Assembly (NCBI RefSeq): GCF_039654945.1
Contig: NW_027361707.1
Location: 55,738,001-55,802,000, forward strand
DNA from: Dendrobates tinctorius
Taxonomy: Eukaryota
DNA length: 64,000 bases
Reading direction: 5' to 3'
Position numbers and translations under genes: made by a program. The notes under the pieces were generated by a model. The model searched no databases, had not been told where the DNA came from, and saw nothing but the letters and a program-made list of their open reading frames with translations. Shown in pieces: positions 1-13,644 of the stretch (the stretch's first letter is position 1; every line of letters begins with the position of its first letter).

Positions 1-661
1 ACCATGTCGTGTTTGGAGATCCCCTGTGTGCCTAAACTTTGGAGCTCCCCCACAAATGACCCCATTTTGGAAACAAGACCCCTAAGGAACTTATCTAGAT
101 ACATAGAAAGCACTATGAACCCCCAGGTGCTTCACAGACTTTTATAACGCAGAGCCGTGAAAATAAAAAAACGTTTTTTTTTCCTAAATAAAATTTTTTT
201 AGTCTGCAATTTTTTATTTTCACAAGGATAGCAGGAGAAATTGGCCCCCAAAAGTTGTTGTACAGTTTGTCATGAGTACACTGGTACCCCATATGTGGGG
301 TTTGCAGAGCCCCTTATGTGCCTAAATAGTAGAAACCCCCCACATGTGACCTCATTTTGGAAACTAGACCCCCCAAGGAACTTATCTAGGTGTGTGGTGA
401 GCACCTTGAACCCCCAAGTGCTTCACAGAAGTTTATAATGCAGAGCCGTGAAAGTAAAAAATCATTTCGCTATCGCTCTGATTGGCTGTTTCACTTTTAA
501 CAGCCAATCAGAGTGATCATAGCCACGTGGGGGCGAAGCCTCGCCCCCTTTGGTGAATTACAAAGCCCCCTGTATCTAAGTCATGACACAGGGTATGCGT
601 CATGGGTCGGATTGGCACTGACTTTCATGACGCATACGCTGTGTCACAGGTCAGGAAGGGG
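1..661 (-). mobile_element. Terminal part of a piggyBac-like (TTAA) non-autonomous element, same family as 12534-21971, opposite orientation, runs off the window start
   Basis: Ends ...GGTCAGGAAGGGG then TTAA (662-665). The reverse complement parallels the CCCCTTCACGACCCATGACG end at 17609. 1-470 is the reverse complement of the ~390-bp internal repeat unit. Confidence 0.8.
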
Positions 662-1307
662 TTAAGGAAATTTTTTGCCACTGGTAAATTATAATGTTTG
701 AGTATCTCTGCAGGCTTTGCAGAAGATGCACAACTGCTACATAAAAATACGCTATTTATTTAACAAATATATAACTTTTGTTATTTTTTATATTGTTTTT
801 ATGAGACATGCCAACAGCAAACTCAGGTAGATTACTGGTAGATAGTGATGTTTGCTTAGCTCATCAGGTTTGCACCAGTCGCACAACTGCTAGATAAATA
901 TTAGCTATTTCAGCAATAGGTGAGGAATATTATTTAGCAATTAGCTTTTAAAAAGGATGCTGAATATTATTTAGCTGTAAAAAATGTGTATGCTGGTACT
1001 CAGGAATATTTTGTAGCTCCAAAAAATTTGTTTAATATTTGCTGGTACTAACTAATATTATTTGGTTGTAAAAAGAGCTGCTTTGTATATTATGGTAGAG
1101 GATGAAACCCTGCCTATCTCTCCCTAATTCCACAGTCTGTTCCTAAACTATAAAACACAATGCAAACTAGCAGAGATCTCCAGCATATACTTGCAATGAT
1201 GATTGATAACACTCAGATGCCTGCCTTTCATCCTCCTTCCTTTTAAATCTTTCCCTAGTCCCTACACTATCTCCATCTAACAATGAACTGATCTTCTTCC
1301 TCAGTTA

Positions 1308-1703
1308 GGGTACCGTTACATTTAGTGATGCACCAGCGATCCCGTCAACGATATGGATCGCTGGTGCATCGCTAAGTGGTCGCTAGGGAGCTGCCACACA
1401 GGCAGATCTCACCAGCGACATAGCAGGGGTCGGGGGTCGTTACTTACCTGTCAGACGCGGTGATCCTGACGTCCTCCCGCCTGCGTCCACGCGTCGCTCG
1501 TCGGCGCCACAGGAAGCCCAGCAGGAAGCGCCCGACGAGAAATGGTCCAGGACGTTCTCGCGCGATCAGCGATAACCAGTGGGGGAGCCATTCGGAGGTA
1601 AGTATCAGACATAGCGATATCGTTAGTAATATCACTGCTACGTTACAAAATCGGTGACGTTACAGCGATATTGCTAGCGATATCGCTATGTGTAACGGGC
1701 CTC
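1308..1703. mobile_element. PIF/Harbinger-type MITE
   Basis: Imperfect TIRs GGGTACCGTTACA / TGTAACGGGCCTC flanked by TTA/TAA. Internal CAGCGA/TCGCTG motifs are shared with 8513-8929 and 42572-51873. Confidence 0.75.
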
Positions 1704-2080
1704 TAACTCTTGAAAGAGATTTTTGTAATCACAACCTCTCCCTATTTGCTTCTTTCACTCTCCCTTTGTTCACACTATGATCTCACTATGCTGTTTCCAG
1801 CTGCAATGTGCACAAGATGACGCCGGCAGCCATGTACTATCCCCTATGATGCTGTAAGGTCATCCATTGACAGCACTGCCACACCAAAGATGGTGCTGGC
1901 ATTACTGTCATTGGCAAGCAAGCCCAGCATGTTCACTGGCTGCTCGTAAAGGGCCAAACATGCTGGGCGGGTCACTCGAATATACCGAGATGAATAGCAA
2001 AGTACTCGCCGAGTAATAGCCCAAATAGCGTACTATTCGTGCGAGTAACGAATAGTGCCGATTGTATGCGCTCATCACTT
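1704..2080. mobile_element. Terminal fragment of a hAT-type non-autonomous element (TAGTGATGAGCG terminus family)
   Basis: Ends CGCTCATCACT (to ~2080), the reverse complement of the TAG(T/A)G(A/T)TGAGC termini at 37061, 42756 and 53707. The other end was not located. Confidence 0.5.
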
Positions 2081-2173
2081 GTATTACAAGCTCTTTTTAA
2101 GTATCCTTTCAGTTTATTGAAATGTGTTTTCTAAAGGACAAGAATTACACACATTTTTTGTGAAGGTGCTAAA

Positions 2174-2643
2174 TGTGGCACTAGTCACTATTCAAAGACA
2201 TGAAGCAGAGTAATCAAGAGGGCAGAAGTCAGATACCAAGAGAGCATGTTGTAAGCTAAGGGGAAAGACAGAGGCATAGTCAGGTCATTGTATAATGTCA
2301 GAACTCAAGTATTGTAGAGTATCAAGACAAAATGGCTAAGCAAATGGATGATCACAGACAAGTCAGACAACAAAGATCAGAATAGAAGAACTCAGAGCAC
2401 AGAGCAAACTCTCACCACTTGAGATAAACTACAACTGGCAGTAGTTGGAAGTAGCCAGCCAGCAAAATAGCCCGCCCTGCTCCGATTGAGCAGCTGGATT
2501 GTCAGCTCAGCATGCACCAGCCTCTGATTGGATGGCTGAGCTGTGCATCACCATACTGACAGCTCAGGATGCTCCAGCCCCAGATTGGACGGCCAAACTG
2601 TCACTCACTCCTTCTGGACTCACCTATAGGAGGAATTGTGACA
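2174..2643 (-). mobile_element. Solo LTR (Gypsy-like)
   Basis: TGTGGCA...TGTGACA termini with perfect 5-bp TSD CTAAA (2169-2173, 2644-2648), 470 bp. Strand is inferred. Confidence 0.7.
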
Positions 2644-2785
2644 CTAAACATATTTAGTCGTGGCTACATGTCTAGGAACGTATTAAGATGAAAGAAATAT
2701 TAGTAATTCCTCTATAATTGTAATTATTTTCTAATGTATTTCTGGCTTTTGCTCATTAAAACTGAATTAAAAGAAATTGCAGATA

Positions 2786-4404
<1,619 letters not shown>

Positions 4405-5039
4405 TATGGAAAACATGGATGCTTAGTATTGATTTAGTAAAATATCTGTGTTAAATTGAGTTTTATAGCTTTTGTAAAAACTTGTCAACAGCCACCATTA
4501 ATAATAAAATAAAAGAACCCATATGTAACAGTTCTGGCTGATCTCCAGCTTAGATGGAGACATACTGCTATAATGTCTACCATAAACAGGGCACACAGAG
4601 AAGAGATCTCAGAGAAGAGAAGATCTTGCTCCCGCATCTCATACATTGGTGACACTGCAGCAGCATAAAGTAGATTAAAATGAGGAGTACTGCTTTAAAT
4701 CTATATTACAAGTTGAATTACTGTGTATATTCAAGATATTTAACATTTTAGGTATTTTTCAGAGTATTTTCCAGCAAGTAATATAAATTCTCCTGTATCT
4801 AGGTATTGTTGTTGCATACTTGTTATGACACCCCTTCAAGTTCTTTAGATTTCTTGTCAGACAGCAGAGTGATTTCTGTTATAAAGTCTGTCAATAAGAA
4901 TGAGAGCAATCTAAATGGCTTTTCCTTCCTAGTACTGGTCACATAAGGTCAACTTTCTGAGTGGGAATTAAAGGACAATAAAAAAACTAAAATATTTTCT
5001 TTAAATTGTTTGAATTCAAATTTGATGTAAATACTACTA

Positions 5040-6240
5040 CTACTAATAATAATAATAACAATTGTTTCTATCTTTATAGCATCAACATATTCCTCAACAC
5101 TTTATAATTCAGTGGAGGCAGAAACAAGCCAGTATCAAGCCAGAAACAGAGTGCTGCTACATTTAGGAAGGGCAAAAAGGGAAAATTTATGTTAGTGAGG
5201 AGAAATGATAGGCTAGTCTAAAGAAATGCAATTTTACGGCATGCTTAAAAATGTGGATACTGGGAATTAATCTAATTGTCCGGTGTAGTGCATTTCCGAG
5301 AACTGGCACAGCCTAAGAGATGTCTTACAGGCAGGAGTGAGAGGTTCAGATTATTCATTATGTTAGTCTTAGGTAATTATAGGAACAGAGGACACGGGAA
5401 GGGTGGTGCAGAGATGAGGGAAGTGATATAGTGTAGTCCAGAACAGTGGAGTGCATTGTGGGTAAGATTGATGAGTTTATTTTGAACTCTGTAGCAGATG
5501 GGCAACCACTGCAATGACTGGCAGAGGATGGAGGCATCAGTGTAGTGGTTGGACAGTAATATGATCCTGGCTGGTGGATATAGGAAGGATTGGGGAGAGG
5601 AGGGCTTAGGCCTCTTTCACACTTCAGTTATTTGCATCAGTTAAAATCCGCCAAAAAGGCAGACTAGCGGATCCATTCTCAACTGATGTGAACGGATGGC
5701 ACAGGATCCGTTTTTAGACGGATCCTGAAAATGAGGAAATTTAAAGGAACTGCTGGCCGGGAAGGAGAGAGAGAGAGAGAGAGAGAGAGAAAGAATGAAT
5801 TTTTTTTGTCCAGCACCCAGACAGAATTTGGGGTTAAATCAGTGTCTGGAGAATCCGCCGGCCAAAAAAACGTTGCAAGCTCCGTTTGGAAATCTTTGAG
5901 GATGTTGACAGACACTAACATTGTGGCGGATCCTCAAAAAAACGGATGCAACGGACGGCAATCAGTCAGGATCCGCCAATAATGAAAGTCAAGGGGGAAA
6001 AAACAGATCCGCAAAGAAAAATGGCGGATCCGTTTTTTTTCAAAATTGGCGGATGTTGACTGATTGTCAAAAACGGAAGTGTGAAAGAGGCCTTAGAAAG
6101 AAGGAGACCAATTAGTTGAGCATTTTAATAATCTAGATAACAATGAATAAGAGCTGCAGTAAGAGTTTTTGCAGAGCCAAAGGTAAGAAATGATTGAATT
6201 CTAGAGATGTTTTTCAGGTGCAGGTGACATGAGCGAGTGA
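5040..6240 (-). mobile_element. Decayed L2-type LINE 3' fragment interrupted by a MITE
   Basis: (AAT)n tail at ~5045-5060. The sequence parallels the L2 copy at 56833-57930, e.g. ATGATCCTGGCTG and GAATAAGAGC...AGTAAGAG. Confidence 0.6.
5609..6092. mobile_element. PIF/Harbinger-type MITE with internal (GA)n
   Basis: TIR GGCCTCTTTCACACTTC / GAAGTGTGAAAGAGGCC with TTA TSD on both sides. Internal CGGATCCG motifs and (GA)n at ~5766-5789. Confidence 0.85.
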
Positions 6241-7975
6241 TCAGAAATAGGCAGCAAATTTTCTCTTCTCTGTGGGTGTGTGGTAGTTCTTTTTGGTGTA
6301 AATCTCCTCCAGACTAAAGTCCTCCTTCTGCAACCTGACTCATTTTGGAAAACTAAGCGACTTCAGCTTCTCCTCCGACTTTCTGTACCAAACTATCAAT
6401 GTTAGTTTACATTTGTATCCTGTATGTAACCCTTTCTCATGTAGCGCATGATGGAATCAATGGTGCTCTAAAAAAATTAAAAAAATAATAATAATAGATA
6501 AAGGGAGGACATTAGGTTTAAGACAGCAGACAGACAATCACTGATGAACCAAATCTGGTGATGGCTTGTCCAACAGGGGCTGTGTAATCTAAAAGAGTAA
6601 AATAATATTTAATTACCACTTAAGGTCTCAATTACTTTTAGTTCAAAGCATATAGCTATAAGATATGGCCACAAAGTATAAAAGCGTCAAATGATAGCCC
6701 TATATCTCAGAGAAGTTGTGAAGTCTTAATATACTCATGTGCATGAGCTGTAACTTTCTGCAGAAATTCTAAGTTTAACATTTCCTGTGCGAAAGTGGAC
6801 TTTTTCTATTAGCTTCAGATTGTAAATCTTAAGTGACCTGCATAGTAGTTATTCACTAGTTATGCAACATGATTTAATAAGCATTTATTCATCTGTCTTA
6901 GTGTACAGAAGTTCTTTGAGCCTTGTAGTTGTCTTCTATGAAATGAACAATCTTATCGGAGCATTTCGTGAAAAATGTGAAAACAACTCATTTGTATTCA
7001 AATCAAAGCTAAGTATTATATATGGACCCCATGGACTTCTGATATTTGACTCTTACTGTTTACACATTTTTACATATAACTATTATATCATTTCTCAAAA
7101 ATAATCCCTCATAACGATTCCTTCCCTGGGAACATGAATCCATCTCATTACTTGGTATACTTAGATCCATTGGTATTCTGCTAGTGCTTTCTGACTCGGT
7201 TATTCTGTCTGAAAACCGCAATAACATTTTCCATCATTAACTTTTTCACCTTCCAGGATTCTAAAACTTGTATGAGTCTTCTCATACATTTTTCTTTTTT
7301 TTTTTTTAAATATAGATACAGCGGTCTTATGTCTGCCATATATGCAACTTAGCAACATAGTCACTAGAGACACGAGTGGCAGAACAACCACATAGACAAA
7401 GGAATATATTTGACCCAAAAACATAATATTTTAGATTCCTGTAGAGTAATGTGTTTAAACCTCTTCATTTGGGAATTCTGTAGAACTGCATGCAAGGGAA
7501 CACTCATCCCACAGGTATGCCCGTTCAGTCAGTGAAACTAAATGGTGTCCCTAAGTGACTATTCATTTTCTAGATCTTTTTTCTTTTGTGGTGAGTCTGA
7601 CACATGAAATCTTCTGTGCACATTTCTTCGTAATCATTAAACATTCCAGCTGGTAGTAAATTAGCCAGAAATTTTGCAGACAATAAAACATCTATCCATC
7701 ATCTCCATTCTATTTGGGAGAGAGGACTTAACCATGACGATACTTCCCTACATTTTGTATCCTAGTTGTTAAAATTTCTATTTTAAATGTCGGCTAGGCC
7801 CAGCCCTACCATAACAATGTTTATCCCAAAGCATATTCTTCTCCATATACCTCAATGTTTCATGTCATCATAGTATAGTACCTTACAATAAAAAATATAT
7901 ATTTTTGCATCACTGCTAAAGCATAGAGAATGAAATAACTAAAAAATTACATAAATATTTTGAGGACAGAATTAA

Positions 7976-8417
7976 AGGGAATCTGTCGCCAGTTTTTTTC
8001 TACCTAATCTAAATCAGCATAATGTAGAGACAGTGATGTTTCACTTACTAGGCTGCATCCTGTAGCTTTGATAATCTCCTTGTGATAAAATAGTTATTTT
8101 ATCACTCGAGGACTAGTAAACTTGCTGCCAGATAGTGAAACTTATTCATGACCTCTGTATAACCTCATCCCCACCACTGATTTGTAATTTTCTGTGTTCA
8201 CTGTGCATGGGCAGAAAACAGCCAATTAAAGGTGGGGACGGGGGTTATACAGAGCTCACCATTCAGGAAACTGGTTGCTCTTCAGTAGAGAAAATATGGA
8301 TATTTTTTAAATGACAGAAAACAGCACAGGAAGTGATAAATCACTGCAATCATAGTCCATGTCCCTATATTATGCTGCTCTCAGATGGGCCGGTAAAAAC
8401 CTGGTGTTAGATTCCCT
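7976..8417. mobile_element. T2/Kolobok-type MITE
   Basis: TTAA-AGGGAATCTG...AGATTCCCT-TTAA, with internally inverted halves. Confidence 0.8.
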
Positions 8418-8512
8418 TTAAAAGAAGGAATGGCAGAGAGAGGATTTCATTTGTTGGCATGCTCCTCCAGTGACTGGTTGGCATGCTGGTGAACGTTAAA
8501 TGTGCAACGTTA

Positions 8513-8929
8513 AGGCCTCGTCACACACACCGAGTCCGCTAGCAATTTCGCCAGCGACATCGCTGTGCGTGACACATCAGCGACCGGCCCCCCCGCCGGG
8601 TATCGCTGATCATGCAGGAATGTCCTGGGCCGTTTTTTGATCGTTGCTCTCCCACTGGCCAGCACACATCGCTGCATGTGGCAGCAGGAGAGCAACAATC
8701 AGCGACGCTGCACACTGGTATCTAAGGTAAACAGCGGGTATCCAAGAGCCGCGCGGCTCATAGAAACCCACTGTTTACCTTAGATGCCAGCTTGCTCGCT
8801 GGTCCTGATCGCTGGAGGGGCTGTCTATGTGACAGCTAACCAGCAATCAGCCTAACAATGTCCCAGCGATCCCATCCATGTCGGATCGTTGGTGGGATCG
8901 TTGGGACATCGTTATGTGTAACGGGGCCT
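8513..8929. mobile_element. PIF/Harbinger-type MITE
   Basis: TIR AGGCCTCGTCACAC / GTGTAACGGGGCCT with TTA TSD on both sides. Same family as 1308-1703. Confidence 0.85.
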
Positions 8930-10214
8930 TTAGAGTCAGAGTTGGAAGATAGAAACTGTGACACAGAATTTAGTAGCCAAGTGAGAGGCCAAAGTAGATT
9001 TAGACAAATGAAAGCAGAGGACTGAGACCTCATTAAGCATTGATGAGGATGCTTTTAAGAGATAACGATGCTGGAATAAAGTGACTGTGTCTTGTAGTTG
9101 TAATGAGTGAAGACCAGTCTGCGGAGTCAAGAAAAAGTTGAGAGAGTTGTAAGAAACAGAGGGCACCTGGTGTACCTACAGCATGACTAATCAGGTCAGC
9201 CTTAATTGTTCCTGCAAATTTTCCCATTGTGAGATATTAGAAAAATGGTTTACAAGCACTAAATTACATTTTATAGACCCTATTACTGATTCAGTTGAGA
9301 GACTGCACACTTGCACACAGTAAGTATCATTTAGTTGAGTACAAAGTGTTTTATGTCACTTTACTAAACATTCCGGTAGAGCTCCATTAATTGGTTGTCC
9401 TGTCATATTCATCAAAGACTAACATTTTAGGACAATTCTTATCACCTATTGAGACTGATACCATTATTAAAGAATTGTTGATTATCGTTTGCTTTCTCAT
9501 TCCATTAACCCGTCCCTTAGTAAGTACAGAGCTACATCTACCTTTACCTACATGGTGTCTGATATTCGTATTACTTCTCGCACTGTGCAACCAATCAACT
9601 TAGTTGTTCAAAGCCCTTGAATTCGAGCAATTTATATTTTACATTTTGTCATTTCTCTCCCAATAAAGTTTATACAGTTTTGTGCGTGTTCTAATTTTTT
9701 TTATTGTAGTTGTGAAATACTTTTGAATTCTATCGGGAAGAAACATTCAAAACAAAATATAGTGATTATTAAACTCACAGCTCAGTAAATAACACCTAGC
9801 GGAGATTAATTCTTTCCAAATATGAAAAGCCCTCAAGGTTCAATAAACATAATTTGGTAATATAAAAAATGTAAAACTGCAGTATTAGCTTGGGCCGGGA
9901 TGTTTTGCTTGCATAGATCAGCAATTTTAAAGTTTAGCCAGAACAAATCTCAAATCAGCACACTCCTGTTGTCTTTGTAATATGGCTATAGTTTTAAGCC
10001 TTTGATTCAGTATTTCTATAACACGAATGCTTCAAACAAGAAATTGCCCATTAATTTCTAAAATAAACTTTATTTGGAGCATTTAAGTTGCCTTTCTTGA
10101 TACATCATAAAATGTACAGGTCTCTTGAAATGTTCTGCTGTTTGGATGTGAAAGGAAGAGAATAAGAAGCTCCTGTATGGACCTGTAATATGGCTATGGA
10201 CATGTTTTCAAACA

Positions 10215-10948
10215 CAAAGTGGTGAACATTCAGGGAAATGACATTGAGATAGTTGACACCTATAAGTACCTTGGTGTGATCCTCAATAATAAACTTGACT
10301 GGGCCCATCACTTGGATGCAGTGTACAGGAAGGGCCACAGTAGGCTTTATCTGCTCAGAAGGCTGAGAGCCTTCGGTGTTAGAGGGGCACTCCTTGCATC
10401 CTTCTTCAACTCTGTTGTGGCATCAGTCATCTTCTTTGGTGTGGCGTGCTGGGGTAGTGGCATATCAACCAGGGACAGGAATCGGCAGGACAAACTGATT
10501 AGAAGGGCCAGCTCTGTCCTGGGATGCCCCTTTGATCCTGTTCAGGAAGTAGGCAACAGGAGGATACTGGCCAAGGTGAGCTACATGGTGCAGAATGATT
10601 CCCATCCCATGCATGAGACCGTGACAAAGATGTGCAGTACTGTCAGTGACCGGCTACTTCATCCTAAATGTGAGAGGGAGCGCTATCGAAAGTCCTTCCT
10701 TCCTGCTGCAGTTAGGGTGTATAACCAGCACTGTCCAAAGCGGAGAACGACCCAAACAGTGAACTGATAGATCCAAAGTTGTGATCGTCCGGTTATATCT
10801 TTTTTTTTTTCGTATATGTACCTATCTACTGTCAATGTAATGCCTTTATGCATCTGTATCTGTACTTGTTCCTGCCTTGCTGCTGTAATGCTCCCCATGG
10901 TGGGTCGATTAAAGGATTATCTTATCTTATCTTATCTTATCTTATCTT
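10215..10948 (+). mobile_element. 5'-truncated Rex1/Babar-like LINE (C-terminal part of the RT ORF plus 3' tail)
   Basis: ORF 10219-10767 reads VDTYKYLGVILNNKLDW...RLYLLRRLRAFGV...YRKSFLPAAVRVYN (RT thumb and downstream domain). The 3' end is an (ATCTT)n tail at ~10919-10948. Confidence 0.8.
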
Positions 10949-12546
10949 TTATGTGTTTGTGAGATTGATGGGATATGGATTTCAGGGGTGCCAAAAAATC
11001 ACTCTAAGTTGTCCATGAAATTTAGATGCAAAGCTAGGGCATGCACCAATTGAATGCTTTACTAAAGACGAGGAAATGACTATACAAACTCAGTCAATCA
11101 GATCTTACAATTCCTTGTGGACACAATTACAAAATGTCAATAAATTATGTAAATGGAGTTAACCTACACTGTAAAGTAAATGTTAAACTGCAAAAACCTT
11201 GTGGTCTCCTGAGGTCAAGGAGAAAAAAAAGAAGCTGTGAAAAAACAGCTTTAGCCTCTTGGGTCAATGAGCACTTTGTAGAAATAAGCAATACCGCTTT
11301 CTTCAATGGACCGACTGGGTTTAAGCAAACCCAAATCAGCTCTGCTAGTGACAAATATCACTATAGGTAGTTGTTTTCCCCAGTAAATGAGATCCTATGA
11401 ATTCTCAAGCAATAGTAAAAAATAATCTATAAAATATTCAACAAAAAATTTTAAGGCGTAGATGTCTTCCACAGGTGTATATCTTTTTTGTCTAAATTTT
11501 TTTTTTGTCTAGCTAGTTATTACATTAGAGGAGTTGTTAACTACTCAAACAAGACCTTCTCAATTACATATCCTCACATGTAAAATACGTAAAACTAGGC
11601 TATATTCATCTCTGGTGCAAGCGCCATTCCAGCAACATTGGCACCAGGTCTGCTGGAACTTGGGAGATGTTGTTAGGTCACATGAATCTTGCCTCTAATC
11701 AGAAGCCACTAATAAGCTGCTTCACTCTCACTTCCTTCAGACAAAAGTGAAATCTGGAGGGGGTGAGAGATCATTAGAAATTCTTACTCCTTACAGATGT
11801 CAGTTTTGCCCAAAGGAAGTGAAAGTGAAGTGGCTCGTTAGCTGCTGTATGGCTGCAGAACTTAAGTGGCATAACATGATGCCAATGTCACTGGAATGGC
11901 AGGGATATCAGAGGTGAGTATAGGCTGATTCTATTTTAGAAGGGGGACTATGGTGATCGAGAATGTGTTATCCGACTGTAGTAAAAAACAAATTTATTAA
12001 TTCCATCTAATATACAAGCAAGCATAACCTAAAATAAAAACAGTGAAAAGATACAATGCAATAAGTAACTAAATAGTACTAAAACATGTAAAAAATAGGG
12101 CACTTAGTTGACACTCTTTTGATCATGAAAGACTGTAGCGCAAAACAGATATATTAATTCAATCTAATATACAGACGATGTAAATGTAACAGCATAACCA
12201 GCCTTAAACTATGCAAAATTTACCACTGTGGATCATGTTGAATGACAAGCTTCGTGTATCTTTAAATACTTTTGCATTGCTTTCTTGTTGAACATTGACT
12301 CATAGTAACTCCTTTCCCCCTAAAGCCTGATTTCACCTTCCTGACTAGGCCAATTTTTACAATTCTGACCACTATCAGTTTTTGAGGTCATAACTCTGAA
12401 ATTCTTCAATGGATCCCACTGATTCTGAGAATGTTTTCTCATGATGTATTGTACTTTATGATAGTGGTAAAATTTCTTTGCTATGACTTGCGTTTATTTG
12501 TGAATAAAGCAGAAATTTGGTGTAAATCTTTAACCTCTTCACGACC

Positions 12547-13185
12547 CATGACGCCTACGTAGGCGTCATGAAAAGTCGTGCCCAAACGACCTATGACGCC
12601 TACGTAGGCGTCATGCTATAAATAGCCCCCCCCTGCGGGTCGGGTGACTGGGGTCACTGAAAGGTCACCCGATCCGCACACAGAGAACACTCTCCAGCTA
12701 ATCCCAGGGGGTGTGGCTTAGCCCCCACGTGCCTACGATCACTCTGATTGGCTGTTAAAAGTGAAACAGCCAATCAGAGCGATTTGTAATATTTCACCAA
12801 TGAAACTTGGTGAAATATTACAATCCAGCCATGGCCGATGCTGCAATAGCATCGGACATGGCTGGACACCGACATCTGACCCCCCCACACCAACTGGCGG
12901 GGCCGATCGGCCCCCGCCACCGATGGACGGCGGCGATCGGTCGCCGCCATCATTATCTGCTCCCCCTCCCCTTCCTATCACTCCCTCCCACCTTCCGAGC
13001 CCCCTGGGACCTCCGATGGTGCTCCCGGTGTCCTGTCGTGGCTCCCGGCGTCCCGGCGTCCGGATCATGGGCGCCGCCATCTTGGAAAATGGTGGGCGCA
13101 TGCGCAGTGCATGAATTTGCCGGCTGCCCGTTCATTTTTCATTTTGATCACTGTGATACACTCTCACAGTGATCAAAATGAAAAA
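12547..13185 (+). promoter_or_regulatory. Palindrome/hairpin-rich, CpG-rich left end with promoter-like motifs (copy 1)
   Basis: 24-bp perfect palindrome CATGACGCCTACGTAGGCGTCATG (12547-12570, repeated at ~12593-12614), inverted CCAAT pair (~12745-12780), GCCGCCATCTTG (13073-13084, YY1-like) and GCGCATGCGC (13096-13105, NRF1-like). Function is inferred. Confidence 0.4.
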
Positions 13186-13264
13186 AAAAGTAAATACACC
13201 CCCCTTTTATCATCCCCATAGCCAGGCGCAAATAAAAAAATAAAAAAAATATTTTTTTTTCCAT

Positions 13265-13640
13265 TTAGGGTTCGAACTAGGGTTAGGGTTGGAATTAGGG
13301 TTATAGATAGGGTTAGGGTTAGAAATAGGGTTAGGGCTAGAATTAGGGTCAGGGTTCGAATTAGGGTTAGGGTTGGAATTAGGGTTAGGGTTGGAATTAG
13401 GGTTAGGGCTGGAATTAGGGTTAGGGCTGGAATTAGGGTTAGGGTTGGAATTAGGGTTAGGGCTGGAATTAGGGTTAGGGCTGGAATTAGGGTTAGGGCT
13501 GGGGTTAGGGTTAGGCTTGTAGTTAGGGTTAGAGTTGGGATTAGGGTTAGGGGTGTGTTGGCATTAGGGTTGTGGTTAGGGCTATTAATAGGGTTGGGTT
13601 AGGGTTAGGGGTGTGTTGGGGTTAGAGTCGGAGATAGAAT
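13265..13640 (+). repeat. Degenerate interstitial telomeric (TTAGGG)n array inside transposon copy 1
   Basis: Runs of TTAGGG with an 18-nt higher-order unit TTAGGGTTAGGG(C/T)TGGAA. Confidence 0.95.
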
Positions 13641-13644
13641 TGAG

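Noticed and set aside
845-876. Minus-strand CTGATGAGCTAAGCAAAC hammerhead-like string
   Set aside because: G12 is missing and there is no helix I pairing.
6533-6572. CTGATGA-ACC...GGT hammerhead-like string
   Set aside because: It lacks the GAAA half of the core and is better explained as a chance imperfect hairpin.
7060-9610. Possible host exons in non-repeat stretches (also 11134-11370, 29918-30319, 55312-55548)
   Set aside because: Short open frames with no recognisable protein similarity or convincing paired splice sites. They cannot be excluded without RNA-seq or a homology search.
12739-13172. GC-rich 117-121-aa ORFs in the element left end
   Set aside because: Reading frames are not preserved in the second copy (17890-18324) and there are no transposase motifs.
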